Notes under the pieces: model-generated | Told to the model about the DNA's origin: nothing | The model's input: only the letters and a program-made list of their open reading frames with translations | Databases searched by the model: none | Translations under genes and position numbers: made by a program | Shown here: positions 61,988 through 64,000 of the stretch, piece after piece | How positions within the stretch are numbered: the first letter of the stretch is position 1 | How the letters are laid out: each line of letters starts with the position of its first letter | Assembly: GCA_963796685.1 (NCBI GenBank) | Contig: CAWCMR010000025.1 | Span: 1,312,001-1,376,000, forward strand | Direction of reading: 5' to 3' | From: an uncultured delta proteobacterium | Lineage (GTDB): Bacteria; Myxococcota_A; Polyangia; Fen-1088 | DNA length: 64,000 bases

Positions 61988-63208
61988 ATGGCAACGCAAA
62001 TGAAAGCCTTCATTTGGGAGGCGCGCACGCGGACGGGTGACGTCAAGAAGGGCGTCATGGAGGCCGAAACCGCCGAGGCCGTCCACAACAAGCTCAAGAT
62101 GCAGCAGCTCTCGCCGGTGACGGTGAAGAAGCAGCCCATCCAGCTCACCCTGCCCACCATCGGCACCGGCGTCACCACCAAAGATATCGTGATCTTCACC
62201 CGCCTCTTCGCCACCATGATCGACGCGGGCTTGCCCATCGTGCAGTGCCTGGAGATCCTGGCGTCGCAGGCGGAGAACAAACGTTTCGGCAAGATTCTGA
62301 GTCAGATTCGCACCAGCGTGGAGGGGGGCCTCACCCTGTCCGATGCCATGCGCCGCTTCCCCAAGATCTTCGACAACCTCTTCGTAAACCTGGTCGCGGC
62401 GGGCGAGGCGGGCGGCATCTTGGATACGATTCTGCAACGCCTTTCCCAGTACATGGAAAAGGCTCAGAAACTACGCCGCCGCGTAAAGGGTGCCATGAGT
62501 TATCCACTCATCGTCCTTTTCATCGCCGGCATCGTCGTCGTCGTTCTGCTCACCAAGGTCATCCCGGTATTCGAGAAGATGTTCAAGGATTTCGGCGGCG
62601 GCAAACTGCCCAAGCCGACCCAATTCGTCATCGATCTCTCCTACGCCATGCGGAACTACCTGCCCTACATCATTGCCGGGCTGATCGCTCTCTACGCGTC
62701 TTGGACCGCGATCCTGAGAACGCGCAAAGGTAGGCTGGCCTGGGACGGGATGCTCCTGAAACTCCCCGTCTTGGGGAGTGTTTTGCGCAAGACCGTGGTC
62801 GCGCGTTTCACGCGCACGATGGGCACGCTGCTTTCGTCTGGCGTTCCCATTCTCGACGCCATGGAGATCGTGGGCAAGACGGCCGGGAACGTCGTGGTCC
62901 AGGACGGCATCATGTTCGTGCGCGCGCGCATCTCGGAAGGCAAGGACATGTCCACGCCGCTCATGGAAACCGGCCTCATGCCGCCCATGGTGGTTCAGAT
63001 GATCAGCGTCGGCGAGCAGACCGGCGCACTCGACGCAATGCTGACCAAGATCGCCGATTTTTACGAAGAAGAGGTCGATGTCGCAGTGGCGTCCATGACC
63101 AGCATGATCGAACCGCTCATGATGGTATTCCTGGGCACCGTTGTGGGCGGTCTGGTCATCGCCATGTACCTGCCGATTTTCGAGATGGCCGGCAACATCA
63201 AGAGCTAG
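61988..63208 (+). CDS. pilC: Type IV pilus inner-membrane platform protein PilC
   Basis: Two T2SSF repeats; GEAGGILD, GEQTGALD, EP...AMYLPIF. Confidence 0.95.
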   Translation: MATQMKAFIWEARTRTGDVKKGVMEAETAEAVHNKLKMQQLSPVTVKKQPIQLTLPTIGTGVTTKDIVIFTRLFATMIDAGLPIVQCLEILASQAENKRFGKILSQIRTSVEGGLTLSDAMRRFPKIFDNLFVNLVAAGEAGGILDTILQRLSQYMEKAQKLRRRVKGAMSYPLIVLFIAGIVVVVLLTKVIPVFEKMFKDFGGGKLPKPTQFVIDLSYAMRNYLPYIIAGLIALYASWTAILRTRKGRLAWDGMLLKLPVLGSVLRKTVVARFTRTMGTLLSSGVPILDAMEIVGKTAGNVVVQDGIMFVRARISEGKDMSTPLMETGLMPPMVVQMISVGEQTGALDAMLTKIADFYEEEVDVAVASMTSMIEPLMMVFLGTVVGGLVIAMYLPIFEMAGNIKS

Positions 63209-63249
63209 CTCGCCGTCGGTAGAAGTGCGGCCAGAGGCAAGTCGACACG

Positions 63250-64000
63250 ATGGATGACGCCACGCGAGGCTCTGCGCACGGACCCGCCCGGCCGACCGCG
63301 GATCTTGGGGGGCTTCCCTCGGCCCAGGTCGCTCCGCTCGCTCTCGTAAGCAGCGCCTCCGCGGTGCCCCCACTCGACAAGTCGCGTGCCGAAGGCCTGA
63401 GAATCGTCACCTATCTCATGCTCGTGCGCACCGCGCTCGCCACGGTGCTCATGCTGTCTGTGGTGATCCTGGCGTGGACCCTGGGATCGCCGGAAACGCT
63501 TTCCAGCCCGTTCGGACGCTTCGTCTTTGGCCTCTTGGCCACCACCTACCTCGCCAGTCTCGCCTACGCCATCAGTCTCAAGCGCATTCAGGATCCGATC
63601 CATTTCGCCGACATCCAGATCGGGGTCGATCTGATCCTGGTCACCCTGCTCGTTCACGCCACCGGCGGCGCGCAAAGCGGGTACACCTTTCTCTACCTCA
63701 TTGACGTCGTCGCGGTGTCTGCGTTGCCCAAAGGGGTCGGCGCGGCCAGCGTCTCCCTGGCCAGCGCCCTGCTCTTCGTCAGCATCTCGCTGCTCGGCTA
63801 TCTGAAGATCCTTCCCCCGATCACCGGCCAGACGGTCTTTCCCTGGGATCTCACGCGAGAAGACCTGGTCTTTCGCATCGTGATCTTTCTGGCCGGGCTC
63901 ATCTCGGTTGGCTCTCTCGGTGTCAGTCTGGCGCGGCAGCGACGCAAGGCAGGCGAGCGGCTCGCCAGGCACCAGCAGTTGGTCGGCGATCTTGCGTCGT
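63250..64000 (+). CDS. pilS: PilS-like sensor kinase, N-terminal membrane domain (3'-truncated)
   Basis: Frame from ATG 63250 translates to YLMLVR...QIGVDLILVTLLVHATGGAQSGYTFLY; follows pilC. Absent from the ORF track, consistent with no stop before the window end. Confidence 0.78.
   Translation, partial: MDDATRGSAHGPARPTADLGGLPSAQVAPLALVSSASAVPPLDKSRAEGLRIVTYLMLVRTALATVLMLSVVILAWTLGSPETLSSPFGRFVFGLLATTYLASLAYAISLKRIQDPIHFADIQIGVDLILVTLLVHATGGAQSGYTFLYLIDVVAVSALPKGVGAASVSLASALLFVSISLLGYLKILPPITGQTVFPWDLTREDLVFRIVIFLAGLISVGSLGVSLARQRRKAGERLARHQQLVGDLAS

Overview
High-GC chromosomal window around the replication origin, most likely from a Myxococcota bacterium (inferred from the pilB-pilT-pilC-pilS order, a CarD/CdnL protein and a DUF4388-type regulator; not verified by search). 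From left to right: the end of a surface-polysaccharide locus (stand-alone PKS-type acyltransferase, PPTase, WcaJ-like priming transferase, glycosyltransferase, DegT-family aminotransferase), bamD, an Mpl-GNAT fusion, tyrS, a complete minus-strand rRNA operon (16S, tRNA-Ile, tRNA-Ala, 23S, 5S), hemB/hemD, an HNH nuclease, an orphan sensor kinase, proB/proC and a pirin. Next comes a compact lipoprotein / ECF sigma / zinc anti-sigma / exported caspase-beta-barrel / paralogous lipoprotein module, which is the best candidate for an undescribed system. After it lie mutM-rsmA-tsaD, rsmG with a perfect parS site, a bioF-bioD fusion, jag, carD, gyrB-recF-dnaN-oriC-dnaA, rpmH-rnpA-yidD-yidC-trmB, uvrB, thiE, a MITE-like element, an rRNA methyltransferase and the start of the type IV pilus cluster. 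Six single-base frameshifts in five genes are probably sequencing errors. All calls rest on motif recognition by eye; no database searches were run, and RNA gene ends are approximate.
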